Part shown: in pieces, positions 25,562 to 35,040 of the stretch | Numbering within the stretch: the stretch's first letter is position 1 | Layout: every line of letters starts with the position of its first letter | Source of the DNA: a virus | Lineage: Duplodnaviria; Caudoviricetes | IMG/VR virus record: IMGVR_UViG_3300037420_000470 | Span: 1-64,000 of that record | Reading direction: 5' to 3' (one strand) | Length of the DNA: 64,000 bases | Notes under the pieces: generated by a model | What the model saw: the letters and a program-made list of their open reading frames with translations, nothing else | The model's database searches: none | What the model was told of the DNA's origin: nothing | Position numbers and translations under genes: made by a program

Positions 25562-26412
25562 GTGATATTGAAGTTGGGGATGTTGTACGAGTTGTAGATA
25601 CTGGCAAGCAATTCAGTCTATACACAGAATGGGCAAGCAAACATGGTCTGGATCACTTCAGTACAAAGCGTGATGTTGAGAAAGGAAAAGAATACTCTGT
25701 TGTTGTGATAGCTCCGCATAGTAGGTATGGTGTGTACGGAACCCTATACGGCTTGCGTGATGAAACCACTGGTTATGAACACATCATTGGACGAGGGGGA
25801 ATTGAGTTAGTGTCTAAGAAGTTTGAACTTCAAGATGATTTTGATTTCACTTATGCAGATGCGCGATACAACTTCAAGAAGAAATCAGATGGTGTGTACA
25901 CTTGCACTAAGTATGGTGATGATTGGCAGTATGACTATGTTTCTGGTGAATTGAGTCAAGCAATTAATCTGTTCGAAAACGGTGTTTGGAAAATTGTTGA
26001 AAAGGAGACTGAATTGGTGGAACAACAAGTAGCGAACGGTGTAGATGCTAATAACAAACCTTTGAATTTCACTATTGATGATCTTCAACCGTTTGATCGT
26101 GTAATCACTGATTCAGGTACATATATTGTTGTGTTGGACGGTGATAGGTGTGTTCTAGTAGGTGTTGGTGGTTGGCTTGATGAAGATGTATTCTTATACG
26201 ATACATGCCATTATTTCTCACCACTGGAAGTGTATAGCAAGCCAACTTACTACGTTGATTACTTCGATTACAACCTTCAAGGTAGGCTTCGCTGGAAGCG
26301 TGTTGATCCTGAGTTTGTTAAACGGATTTCTTACTTGGAAGAGAAGATCAAAGCTGTAGCTGATGAATTGCACACTCTGCAAAACGAGTATTACGAACTG
26401 AAAGTAGCATAG
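25558..26412 (+). CDS. Hypothetical protein (IEVGDVVRVVD start, C-terminal coiled coil)
   Basis: 284 aa ORF, AAGGAGG RBS, ATGA overlap. Confidence 0.8.
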   Translation: MSDIEVGDVVRVVDTGKQFSLYTEWASKHGLDHFSTKRDVEKGKEYSVVVIAPHSRYGVYGTLYGLRDETTGYEHIIGRGGIELVSKKFELQDDFDFTYADARYNFKKKSDGVYTCTKYGDDWQYDYVSGELSQAINLFENGVWKIVEKETELVEQQVANGVDANNKPLNFTIDDLQPFDRVITDSGTYIVVLDGDRCVLVGVGGWLDEDVFLYDTCHYFSPLEVYSKPTYYVDYFDYNLQGRLRWKRVDPEFVKRISYLEEKIKAVADELHTLQNEYYELKVA

Positions 26413-26421
26413 GAGAATAAT

Positions 26422-27294
26422 TTGAGTGGTATAGTAAAAGATTGGCAAGAAGATGCAATTACGCTAGATAGAACAGGTATTTTCTCTAGAAGAGAAATAG
26501 CAAAACTACTAGGTGTCCCACGTAGTACAGTATTAGATTTTCTTAGGAAGTATTTTGAAGTGAAGAATGAACCGAAAGAGATTGATTACAATGCTGAAGT
26601 GTTGACTGATCCAGTAAGACAATACAACAATAGCCGCATTTTATTCATTAGTGACATGCATATCCCTTACCACCATCAAGGGCTTCTGCCCTTTTTGGAA
26701 GGATTGAAGAAACGTTATGAACCTACACGGGTGATTTGTTTAGGGGATGAACTCGATAAGCATGCAATGTCTTTTCATGATTCTGATCCTGATCTGCCAA
26801 GTGCAGGGGATGAGTTGAACAAGGCTTTACCAGTGATTAAGGAATTGGAAAAGTTGTTCCCTGAAATGGATTTGATTGACTCGAATCATGGATCAATGGT
26901 GTATCGCAAAGCCAAGCATCACGGTATACCGCGCAGGTACATTCGTGGTTATAACGATGTGCTTGGAGTTGGTGATGGTTGGAAGTGGCACATGGATTTA
27001 ACCATTGAGCTACCTGATGGTCAAAAGGTTTATATCCATCATGGCAAGACTGCTGATGCATTGAGGACGAGTCAAGGAATGGGCATGAGTCATGTGGCAG
27101 GACACTACCATGAGCGGTTTAACGTGCAATATTGGGCTAACCCTGTCGGTTTGTATTTCGCAATGAACTGTGGATGCTTGGTTGACGATAATGCTTTAGC
27201 GTTCAGTTATAACAATGTGAATCTGAAAAGACCAATAGTAGGTACTGGTTTGATTATTGATGGGTATCCGGTTCTTGAACCGATGCCACTATAA
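26422..27294 (+). CDS. Calcineurin-like metallophosphoesterase with N-terminal HTH
   Basis: SRREIAKLLGVPRSTV HTH; ISDMH, LGDELD, SNH, HHG, GHYH. Confidence 0.9.
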   Translation: MSGIVKDWQEDAITLDRTGIFSRREIAKLLGVPRSTVLDFLRKYFEVKNEPKEIDYNAEVLTDPVRQYNNSRILFISDMHIPYHHQGLLPFLEGLKKRYEPTRVICLGDELDKHAMSFHDSDPDLPSAGDELNKALPVIKELEKLFPEMDLIDSNHGSMVYRKAKHHGIPRRYIRGYNDVLGVGDGWKWHMDLTIELPDGQKVYIHHGKTADALRTSQGMGMSHVAGHYHERFNVQYWANPVGLYFAMNCGCLVDDNALAFSYNNVNLKRPIVGTGLIIDGYPVLEPMPL

Positions 27295-27298
27295 GGAG

Positions 27299-27760
27299 AT
27301 GAGAGTGGAACACAATAATTTGTTTAATGTTGGTGATCAAGTAGTGTGGAAGCGTTTTGTAGAGACTGGTGAAATTCCATGCGAACATTGTGATAATGGT
27401 TCTCATGAAGTTGGTACATTGTTTGAAACTGTACATGAAATCATTGATGTTGAAGCAACGTTTTACCCTGGTCGGGTAGTTTATTCATATGTGCTAGATA
27501 CGTCTTGGAAAGACTCTGAAACGGGCGAGATGAACGAATGTTGGAAAACTGTTTCTGAGAATGCTTTAACGTTGCCAAAGAAAGTAATCAAAACTACTGA
27601 AGAACAACTTGAAAAAGCTTTTGCAGAATACTATCGTCGTGCAGCAGAGCATCCTGAAGATTTTCTTCAAGACGCAGTTATAGCTAACTTTGAAGAAGCT
27701 GGAAAAAATTCTGCTGCGTACCTTGTAGGAATCTTGAAAGAGTTGAACGGGGAAGAATGA
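27299..27760 (+). CDS. Hypothetical protein
   Basis: ORF track 27257..27760; start 27299 or 27305 after AAGGAG. Confidence 0.7.
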   Translation: MRVEHNNLFNVGDQVVWKRFVETGEIPCEHCDNGSHEVGTLFETVHEIIDVEATFYPGRVVYSYVLDTSWKDSETGEMNECWKTVSENALTLPKKVIKTTEEQLEKAFAEYYRRAAEHPEDFLQDAVIANFEEAGKNSAAYLVGILKELNGEE

Positions 27761-28089
27761 TAATGCAGTTGCAAGTTCCTATTGCTGGTATGCCAGTGCA
27801 TTTGATCTGTTGCTTAGTACCAGGGACAACAGTTGTGAATGGAATTACTTACAACGTTGAAGGTAAGGTAGCATTTGTAAAGGTTGCTCAATTTGATACT
27901 GTATTCGACCAACCACAAAACAGGGGAGATATTGGAGCAATCTTTTACGAAGACAGTTTTATATTGATTGATGAAGATTGGATGGAGACATTTAATTACA
28001 GCACTATCTATGACTACAAAAACATACCAAGAATGCTTAAATGGCTACAGCAGCAGAATTTGCAACTGCCTGAAGTGATAATGATGTAG
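27757..28089 (+). CDS. Hypothetical protein
   Basis: 110 aa ORF, ATGA overlap. Confidence 0.7.
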   Translation: MIMQLQVPIAGMPVHLICCLVPGTTVVNGITYNVEGKVAFVKVAQFDTVFDQPQNRGDIGAIFYEDSFILIDEDWMETFNYSTIYDYKNIPRMLKWLQQQNLQLPEVIMM

Positions 28090-28096
28090 GAGGGAT

Positions 28097-28285
28097 ATGA
28101 GTAAGAAGAAGCGTGAGAAAACGATACGCTGTCAAGTATGCGGAGTAGTTGCTACGCAACATAAGTTGTCTTTTGCATTATGTGACAACATTGTTTGTGA
28201 TGTAGTCAGACAGGAGATTATTAATGAAGAAATTAAGCAGCACAAGGAGGTTGAATGTCAAGAGTCTTGTCTTTCAGAGATTTAA
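28097..28285 (+). CDS. Small Zn-finger-like protein (CQVC...CDNIVC)
   Basis: 62 aa ORF, GGAGG RBS. Confidence 0.6.
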   Translation: MSKKKREKTIRCQVCGVVATQHKLSFALCDNIVCDVVRQEIINEEIKQHKEVECQESCLSEI

Positions 28286-28788
28286 AGCTAATCACTGAAT
28301 TAGCACCATATACAGAAATATCTTTGCTTGATCCATCGATGGATGAACGAGTTAATTATTACTTGGACAAACTAGGCTTTGATGTGGAGTATGGCATATG
28401 TTATGAACCATCTCTCCACAGGGATATGCGGAATAAAGTTGCTGTAGGTTTTAGAGTAGTAGGGGAATTGAATGTTAATCGTAACATCATCAATAGCGAT
28501 CTTTGTACGCTAGAAGATAGGTTGATTGCAGCAGCATATCTTGACCCTACGTTAGTACGAGAATTAAGCCCATTGATGGGAACTAGACTTGATTACAGAG
28601 CATTTCATGCAGAAGACGCTGAAAGTGAAGATAATGAAGATTTCCTATCTGACGATATTGAGCCTGATTATGAAATGATTAAGAGTCAGATCGAAGCATT
28701 GACAGCGATTAGGGATAGTCTGAGGGGAAGTGTATACAATGAAGCAGGCAGTATTAAAAGCCCTGCTGAGAATTTTTCTCATAAATGA
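28255..28788 (+). CDS. Hypothetical acidic protein upstream of RNR
   Basis: 177 aa ORF, AAGGAGG RBS. Confidence 0.8.
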   Translation: MSRVLSFRDLKLITELAPYTEISLLDPSMDERVNYYLDKLGFDVEYGICYEPSLHRDMRNKVAVGFRVVGELNVNRNIINSDLCTLEDRLIAAAYLDPTLVRELSPLMGTRLDYRAFHAEDAESEDNEDFLSDDIEPDYEMIKSQIEALTAIRDSLRGSVYNEAGSIKSPAENFSHK

Positions 28789-28791
28789 GAA
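28776..28791. repeat. Palindrome TTCTCATWWATGAGAA, copy 5
   Basis: Overlaps and supplies the TGA stop of 28255..28788, just upstream of nrdB. Confidence 0.95.
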
Positions 28792-28806
28792 ATTATAGGG
28801 AGTTGA

Positions 28807-29787
28807 ATGAAAGAAGCGAATATTAAGAAGTGGAGAGATGGGTATATTGATTTGTACCCTGAGTTTGGTAAACTAGCAGACGATCAGATTAAAATCTTCT
28901 GGCCTTGGAATGAAATCAATGTCAAGAAAGATAAGCAGGATTTGTTAGTTGGTATGACTGATGCAGAACATCATGGAACTGTTTTCACTCTTAAGCTGTT
29001 TACTAAATACGAATTATTTGTTGGTAATGAGCATTGGGGCAATAAGATTGCTAAAGCATATCCGCAAGTTGGTATTCAACGGATGGCAGCAGCTTTTGCG
29101 CATGTAGAATTGAATAGTCATGCTCCGTTCTACAACGAGATTAATAAGGAACTTGGACTAGCTAATTATGAATTCTACACTTCATATTTGAATGATCCTG
29201 TATTAGCTGCTAGGATGAAATTCATTGAAGATGTGATCGCAAGTGATGATGATGAGTTGTCTACAGCAGTGTTTAGTTTAGTTGAAGGTGCTGTGCTGTA
29301 TAGTGCTTTTGCTTTCTTGAAGCATTTCCAAAGCCAGGGGAAGAACAAGGTACAAAATATTAATCGTGGTATTAATATGTCAGCACGAGATGAGAATCTT
29401 CATGCTATTGGTGGAAGTGGAATTGTACGTGTAGCATTGAAAGAGCAAGATCGTACTGAGTACGAGATACGGGAGTTCAAAGAAGCAGTTAAGGAAGCGG
29501 CAGATCAAATTTACTTACATGAATGCCAAATCGTTGATAAGATTTTTGAACTTGGCAAGATGGATGGAATCACAGATTTGCAATTGAAACGCTTCGTGCA
29601 GAGTCGTATCAACTTGTGCCTTGATTATCTTGGTGTTGAACGTAATTATGTTGTCGAGTACAACCCAATTGCTGAGTGGTTTTATAAAGGGATTAATGAC
29701 TACCAAATGAATGATTTCTTTCAAGGAGTTGGTAGGGAGTACACCCGCGATTGGGATAAAACTAGGTTTATTTGGAAGAAAGGTTGA
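28807..29787 (+). CDS. nrdB: Ribonucleotide reductase class I beta subunit
   Basis: FWPWNE, ELNSHAPFY, VEGAVLYSAF, SARDENLH, DFF. Confidence 0.95.
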   Translation: MKEANIKKWRDGYIDLYPEFGKLADDQIKIFWPWNEINVKKDKQDLLVGMTDAEHHGTVFTLKLFTKYELFVGNEHWGNKIAKAYPQVGIQRMAAAFAHVELNSHAPFYNEINKELGLANYEFYTSYLNDPVLAARMKFIEDVIASDDDELSTAVFSLVEGAVLYSAFAFLKHFQSQGKNKVQNINRGINMSARDENLHAIGGSGIVRVALKEQDRTEYEIREFKEAVKEAADQIYLHECQIVDKIFELGKMDGITDLQLKRFVQSRINLCLDYLGVERNYVVEYNPIAEWFYKGINDYQMNDFFQGVGREYTRDWDKTRFIWKKG

Positions 29788-31509
29788 ATGGATAGTTTAT
29801 ACGAGAAGCTAAGTAAAGAGCGAAAAGAACTACAAGCTAAGGGATTAATGCAGGATTGGTGGTCAACTGGTAGTTGGCAATTATTCAAAGCTAAGTATTT
29901 GTATCAAGCTGAAAATCCTAGAGAGCAGTATGAACGTATTGCAGAAACGTTAGCGCAGTATATTGAGGGTCATTACCCTGAGTGGTGGGAATCTGAGTTT
30001 GGACAAGGTTATACTTGGAAGCAAGCTTTCTTTGATCAAATGTGGATTGGTAATCTATCTGGCTCCACCCCTGTCATTGGGAACACTGGTACGAATCGTG
30101 GCTTTTCTGTCTCTTGTTCTGGCAATGTAATGCCTAACAGTATTAACGACATATACGACACGAAGCGTGAAATTGCAGTTTTGACGAAGAACAGTTTTGG
30201 TACTGCATCTTATCTTGGAGATATTCAACCAAGGGGAACTGTTACCAGCAAGGGACAAAAGGCTGTAGGTATTTTGCCAGTGATTAAAGGTGTTGTGCAT
30301 GACATGGAATATGTTGCTCAAGGTGGTAGACGCGGAGCATGGGCTGGTTATATTCCAATTGATCACGGAGACTTCAAGGAAGTGGTTAGTTATCTTGAAG
30401 AAGCACCTGATGGATTGAATATTGGCTGGAATATTCCAAATAGTTTTAATGATCGGATGGAAAATGATGATCATGAAGCTATTGACCGTTGGCAGACATT
30501 CATGGTTGCAAAGATGAAGACTGGAAAAGGTTACTTTGCTTTCATGGATAAGATCAATGCTCGCAGACCAAAAATGTATGTTGACCGTGGCTTATTTGTT
30601 GTAGCACCACAACTATGCAATGAAATACATCTACATAGTTCTGAGACTTTGACATATACTTGCGTTCTTTCAAGTCAAAACGCAGCACGTTGGGATGAGT
30701 GGAAGAACACAAAGTCGGCATTTATTGGGCAAGTGTTTTTGGATTGTGTATGTGAAGATTTCATTACGAAGGCAGCAGGAATATCAGGATTAGAAAAAGC
30801 TGTTGAGTTCACTCGTTTAGGTAGACCAACGGGATTGGGGATTTGTGGTTTCCATACGTACTTGCAAAAGAGGCGTATTCCTTTTGAAAGCTTTGAGGCT
30901 TACCAGTTCAACAACGAATTGTTTAAGCATTTGCACGATGAAACATTGGAAGCATCGCAGTGGCTTGCTAAAGAGTTTGGTGAACCTGAATGGTGTAAAG
31001 GGTACGGTGTACGTAACACGCATAGGACAGCAATAGCACCTACTAAGAGTAGCGCATTACTGATGGCAGGGGTGAGTGAAGGGATTAATCCTGATCCTGC
31101 TATGACGTTTACACAGCTTACTCCTGCTGGTGAAGTAGATAGGGCTAACCCTGTGTTGCTTGAGTTGATGAAAGAACGTGGTGTGTATGACAAACGGCAT
31201 ATGGATGAACTGACTGCTGCTCAAGGTTCTGTTCAAGGTGTGAGTTGGCTTACTGATGAAGAGAAGAAAGTGTTTAAAACTGCTTTTGAAATAGACCAGA
31301 AAGTAATTATTAAATTGGCAGCAGCAAGACAGCGGTATCTTTGCCAGGGTCAATCGTTGAACCTGTTCTTTAGCGCAGAAGAGGATGAAGAATATATTGC
31401 AGAGGTTCATTCTGAAGCATTTAAGAATCCTTTGATTCTAGGTTTGTATTATTGTTACTCAAAGGCTGGTGTAACAGCATCGAAAGGGGAGTGTGACACT
31501 TGCATGTGA
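29788..31509 (+). CDS. nrdA: Ribonucleotide reductase class I alpha subunit
   Basis: STPV, VSCSG, RRGA, QLCNEI, CVLSS, AIAPTKSSA, QGQSLNLF, C-terminal CDTC. Confidence 0.95.
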   Translation: MDSLYEKLSKERKELQAKGLMQDWWSTGSWQLFKAKYLYQAENPREQYERIAETLAQYIEGHYPEWWESEFGQGYTWKQAFFDQMWIGNLSGSTPVIGNTGTNRGFSVSCSGNVMPNSINDIYDTKREIAVLTKNSFGTASYLGDIQPRGTVTSKGQKAVGILPVIKGVVHDMEYVAQGGRRGAWAGYIPIDHGDFKEVVSYLEEAPDGLNIGWNIPNSFNDRMENDDHEAIDRWQTFMVAKMKTGKGYFAFMDKINARRPKMYVDRGLFVVAPQLCNEIHLHSSETLTYTCVLSSQNAARWDEWKNTKSAFIGQVFLDCVCEDFITKAAGISGLEKAVEFTRLGRPTGLGICGFHTYLQKRRIPFESFEAYQFNNELFKHLHDETLEASQWLAKEFGEPEWCKGYGVRNTHRTAIAPTKSSALLMAGVSEGINPDPAMTFTQLTPAGEVDRANPVLLELMKERGVYDKRHMDELTAAQGSVQGVSWLTDEEKKVFKTAFEIDQKVIIKLAAARQRYLCQGQSLNLFFSAEEDEEYIAEVHSEAFKNPLILGLYYCYSKAGVTASKGECDTCM

Positions 31510-32077
31510 TTTTGACGAGCACTTAGGACTTCCTATAATAGAAATAGACTTATCCTGTTGTGTCTACGTTGTAACATGCAATATCAATAACAAACGCTAT
31601 GTTGGAATTTCCAACGACCCTGAAAGGCGTTGGAAAGAACATACCAGAAGGGCAAACAACCCTTCTGACCCATCATACAATTTAAAGTTATATAGAGCTA
31701 TACGTAAATACGGGTGGGAGGCATTTAGCGTAGAGGAAGTATTAAGAGGAAGCAGGGAGTTTTGCGGTTTGTTGGAGGTAAGTTTTATCTCAATTTACGA
31801 CAGTTTTGAAAACGGGTACAATTCGTCGCAAGGTGGTGAAGGTACATCATACGTTGAACCTTGGAACAAAAGTACCAAAGGTGTTTGTAAACCTAATAAA
31901 ACATCCTTTGTCAAAGGTGGGAAATCATTGCGGCAAGTTCTCACGGAAGATGAAATAAAAAGGATTCTTCAGGAGTACGACGATGGAATCCCGCCTACTA
32001 AAATGACGTGGCTCCCTGTTCATTGGTCCCAAGCTTATAGGGTTATTAATAAACACAAATTGGAAAAGGTTGGATGA
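31493..32077 (+). CDS. GIY-YIG family homing endonuclease
   Basis: CVYVVTCNINNKRYVGISNDPERRWKEH; ENGYN; C-terminal HTH-like segment. Confidence 0.85.
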   Translation: MTLACDFDEHLGLPIIEIDLSCCVYVVTCNINNKRYVGISNDPERRWKEHTRRANNPSDPSYNLKLYRAIRKYGWEAFSVEEVLRGSREFCGLLEVSFISIYDSFENGYNSSQGGEGTSYVEPWNKSTKGVCKPNKTSFVKGGKSLRQVLTEDEIKRILQEYDDGIPPTKMTWLPVHWSQAYRVINKHKLEKVG

Positions 32078-32292
32078 GAATTGTAATTTATTCAAAAAAT
32101 AATTGCCCTGCATGTGAAAGGGCGAAGAGTCAGTTAGTTCTTAAAGGTGTTGAATTCTACGTACTCAACATCGACACAGATATGGATGCGATGGATTTTA
32201 TAGCTGCTCAAGGGCATAGGTCAGTTCCACAAGTCTATGCAGATGGTGTACACGTATCAGACCTTAGCACATTAACTAGCGAAATTATTTGA
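32074..32292 (+). CDS. Glutaredoxin (NrdH/NrdC-like)
   Basis: YSKNNCPAC, RSVPQVY. Confidence 0.92.
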   Translation: MRIVIYSKNNCPACERAKSQLVLKGVEFYVLNIDTDMDAMDFIAAQGHRSVPQVYADGVHVSDLSTLTSEII

Positions 32293-32326
32293 TTAATATC
32301 AAGGAAGCAGTTATAATACTGCTTCC
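32289..32326 (+). promoter_or_regulatory. sigma70-type promoter with TATAAT as the loop of a perfect 9-bp hairpin
   Basis: TTGATT(32289)-17-TATAAT(32312); GGAAGCAGT / ACTGCTTCC. Confidence 0.7.
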
Positions 32327-32344
32327 ACATTTAAAGGAGATGAA

Positions 32345-32446
32345 ATGTTGAGATTTATTTTGAGTGCTTTGATAGGGCTTGCCCTTGAGTTTATTCCATT
32401 CGGGTGGGCTATTGGTGCAGTATTATCCTATAAAGGATATATGTAA
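32345..32446 (+). CDS. Small membrane protein (33 aa)
   Basis: Hand translation MLRFILSALIGLALEFIPFGWAIGAVLSYKGYM; AAGGAG RBS. Confidence 0.55.
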   Translation: MLRFILSALIGLALEFIPFGWAIGAVLSYKGYM

Positions 32447-32650
32447 ATGAGAAATCGCTATAACGATATGAGTTTAGGGTATGCAGCATTTATACTGCTA
32501 AGTACATTCCTTGTTGTATGTTTAGGTTTGTACGGATGGGTATCGAATATTGTATCGCTATTCCATGCTACAGGGTTTAGTGGTGCAGTTGTTTTACGTA
32601 TTATTGGTGTGTTCATGGTCCCATTAGGGATTGTATTAGGGTATGTTTAA
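32447..32650 (+). CDS. Small two-TM membrane protein
   Basis: GLYGWVSNIV...LRIIGVFMVPLGIVLGY. Confidence 0.7.
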   Translation: MRNRYNDMSLGYAAFILLSTFLVVCLGLYGWVSNIVSLFHATGFSGAVVLRIIGVFMVPLGIVLGYV

Positions 32651-32659
32651 GGAGAATTT

Positions 32660-32950
32660 ATGAAGAAAATCACGATTGAAACTGGCGAAGGCAATATTAC
32701 TATTGATGCAGAACTGCTCAAAGAATACCGTCAACGAGCATTTGAGACATTGAAGGCTCAAGATGAAGCTAAACTTGAGTTCAAAGAGGAAGTAGATGCT
32801 GCAGCAGATGGTGCAGAGAGTACCACTGTAGAGAAGAAAGTGCTGGTCAAGATTCTTGGTAAGTATTTCAAAGCAGCATATAAAGACTCCACGAAAGAAG
32901 CTAAAGAACTTGGTGAAGTGTTTGCAGCACTAGATGAAGCAGTAGCGTAA
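32660..32950 (+). CDS. Small helical protein, possibly a DsbA-like dsDNA-binding protein
   Basis: 96 aa ORF, AAGGAG RBS; resemblance to T4 DsbA is by pattern only. Confidence 0.55.
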   Translation: MKKITIETGEGNITIDAELLKEYRQRAFETLKAQDEAKLEFKEEVDAAADGAESTTVEKKVLVKILGKYFKAAYKDSTKEAKELGEVFAALDEAVA

Positions 32951-32964
32951 TTGAAAGGAAATAA

Positions 32965-33180
32965 ATGAATATTCTTACAGCAATTCCTGTAGTATTTGAA
33001 GTAGTACGTTCGATTGAACAACTCCTGCCTGAAGGCAAAGGTAAAGAAAAATTTGATGCAGCATTTGCAATGTTCCAACAACTGTACAACGACATTAGTG
33101 TAGCTGTTCCAGTAGTCACTGCCCTGATCAATACGGCAGTAGCATTGTTGAATCTCAAAGGCGAATTCAAGAAGTCGTAA
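32965..33180 (+). CDS. Small amphipathic protein (EQLLPEGKGKEK), holin-associated type
   Basis: 71 aa ORF, AAGGA RBS. Confidence 0.65.
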   Translation: MNILTAIPVVFEVVRSIEQLLPEGKGKEKFDAAFAMFQQLYNDISVAVPVVTALINTAVALLNLKGEFKKS

Positions 33181-33181
33181 A

Positions 33182-33220
33182 AGCAAAAAGCCTTGACGCA
33201 ATTAAGCATCAAGGCATAAA
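33182..33220 (-). terminator. Terminator between the convergent arms
   Basis: GCCTTGA(33190)/TCAAGGC(33215) stem with a T tract on the - strand. Confidence 0.7.
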
Positions 33221-33271
33221 ATTGCCCTACCAGAAGGACAGTAACCTAGCGGTTCGTTAGAAACGTAACTT

Positions 33272-33385
33272 TTAATAATTGCAATATAGCGTAATCGTAC
33301 CTCCATCAATTTCGCCAGCCTCCAACACTAGATATAAATTGTCAGGTAGAGTATTGAAATTCTTGGAAAGGATTACGCTTTGCAT
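33272..33385 (-). CDS. Possible small protein (37 aa) after the holin
   Basis: ATG one base after the holin TGA; C-terminal part of track ORF 33272..33625. Confidence 0.3.
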   Translation of the reverse strand: MQSVILSKNFNTLPDNLYLVLEAGEIDGGTITLYCNY

Positions 33386-33386
33386 T

Positions 33387-33764
33387 TCAGCCAAAATAGA
33401 TTGATTTATTCTGATCGTCGGTTTTAGGCTCAGACTGCACAGACTTTTCTGCTGGCACTCTATCGCTGATTTCTGAATTGCTTGGGCTATCGGGCTTGTC
33501 TGCTTTCTCAGGCAATATTCCTGCTCTCTTGCTTGTGACGTTGTGAATGACAAACTGTACAAGAGCAACAATACCAAAAGCAATGCTTGTAGCTTCTTCA
33601 GTAGATAGTTGAACACCATAGCCATAATCCCCTGCCACCTTAACTAACAGCATAATAAATGGGACTAGTAAGGTAGTGGCATTACCTCTATCCTTCCAAA
33701 CCTCACTGTTAGATAGTTCACTACCCTTCCTAAACAAATTAAACAAGTCAATCAGTTTATTCAT
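33387..33764 (-). CDS. Probable holin
   Basis: Two TM segments and a charged C-tail; directly after the endolysin. Confidence 0.6.
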   Translation of the reverse strand: MNKLIDLFNLFRKGSELSNSEVWKDRGNATTLLVPFIMLLVKVAGDYGYGVQLSTEEATSIAFGIVALVQFVIHNVTSKRAGILPEKADKPDSPSNSEISDRVPAEKSVQSEPKTDDQNKSIYFG

Positions 33765-33765
33765 T

Positions 33766-34287
33766 TTAAACTCCTAATACTTTCTTAGCTGTTATATACA
33801 ATGCAGACCTATCTGCAAAACCGTTATAACCACCATTAATAATCCTTGTGATTCGCCTAAAGTCTCCTACATCAGCGAGTTCATTTAGTCCATGCACCTT
33901 CCACCACCAAGCACTCACTCTACAAGCACTTATAGGTTCTTCTAGCAATTCTGGATGCTCTACACAATCAATGTCCAAGGCAAGCATAACAGACACGTAA
34001 TTAGATCGTCCTGTAACCTGTATAAGCCCTCTTCCCTTGAACCTAGTACCATCCCCTTGCATAACGTTTCCGAGGTCTTTACGGCCCTCATACGCGCTTC
34101 CAGAGGCTATTTCCTTGACATACCTAAGCTGCGCTGACTCATGCCCTATCTGAGCTAAGAAAGCCGCTTGTCTTACCGGCGTACTGATATCGAATTCAGT
34201 CATCGCAGCGTTGATATGCGCAAGAAACAAGTCTACCCTTTTAGCCGCTAAAGGCATAATGACTAGTAATTGTTCCTTTGTGACCAT
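33766..34287 (-). CDS. Endolysin, glycoside hydrolase family 19
   Basis: AAFLAQIGHES, DGTRFKGRGLIQVTGRSNY, ITRIINGGYNG. Confidence 0.95.
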   Translation of the reverse strand: MVTKEQLLVIMPLAAKRVDLFLAHINAAMTEFDISTPVRQAAFLAQIGHESAQLRYVKEIASGSAYEGRKDLGNVMQGDGTRFKGRGLIQVTGRSNYVSVMLALDIDCVEHPELLEEPISACRVSAWWWKVHGLNELADVGDFRRITRIINGGYNGFADRSALYITAKKVLGV

Positions 34288-34571
34288 TACTTATCCTGTT
34301 TGTTATCCAACTTGACTTCAATCCTATCAAGTTTAATCTCAAGTTTCGAAGAAAACGCTTCAAATGATTTATTAAATGCTTCAATAGCCGCTTGCAATTC
34401 TCGCCTTGTAGCATGATTCTCCGCTACGTGAACTTTATAGTCTGCGAACTCTTGTGCCAACCTATCAGCCTTGGTTTTTAAGTCTCTAAAACTTACCCAT
34501 AATACTGAGCAAAACCCTGCCCCAATTGCTTGTAACAACCACAAGAGCATTTGCCGTGTTTCAGCATCCAT
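34287..34571 (-). CDS. Single-TM coiled-coil lysis-cassette protein (holin/antiholin-like)
   Basis: One TM followed by coiled coil; GAGG RBS before ATG 34571. Confidence 0.6.
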   Translation of the reverse strand: MDAETRQMLLWLLQAIGAGFCSVLWVSFRDLKTKADRLAQEFADYKVHVAENHATRRELQAAIEAFNKSFEAFSSKLEIKLDRIEVKLDNKQDK

Positions 34572-34605
34572 ACATTCCTCTAATAAATTCTTCCTAACGG
34601 GATTG

Positions 34606-35025
34606 TTAAGAAGCTGGTACAAAGCTACGGAGAGCAGACGCTAATGTGTTAGGCCCATATCGCCATGCTTCTTTAATTCCTAATGCATCAGCACAAGCAC
34701 GAGAACAAAACCATTTATCCCTGCTTGCTGAAAGAAAATCAAAAATGAAGCGAATATCACCTAAATAGTCGTATGCTTTCCCTTCGTGTTCTGTAAACCA
34801 TTGTCTTGCTCTAATCTCTAGATGAGCAGGTAATTCAATGAAGTCCCAATCATTTTCATGCATCACCCTGCGAGTGATACGCACACCATTCTTCACTGTT
34901 GATGAAGCTGTTGCACCATCACTGAATACTAACTCGCAATGACTGTATGGACCTCTCTCCCACCACCTAATCAGATTATCAAAGAGTCTTCCCTTACCTT
35001 TATAAAACGCAATTCTAAATGTCAT
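34606..35025 (-). CDS. Permuted papain-like (YaeF/YiiX/C92-type) amidase
   Basis: YSHCEL...GKAYDY...KWFCS, His before Cys. Confidence 0.75.
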   Translation of the reverse strand: MTFRIAFYKGKGRLFDNLIRWWERGPYSHCELVFSDGATASSTVKNGVRITRRVMHENDWDFIELPAHLEIRARQWFTEHEGKAYDYLGDIRFIFDFLSASRDKWFCSRACADALGIKEAWRYGPNTLASALRSFVPAS

Positions 35026-35040
35026 TCTTATTAGCCTTAT

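Noticed and set aside
33272-33625. 117-aa ORF nested in the holin as an o-spanin
   Set aside because: No lipobox or Pro-rich spanin character; only its last 37 codons are kept as a low-confidence small gene.
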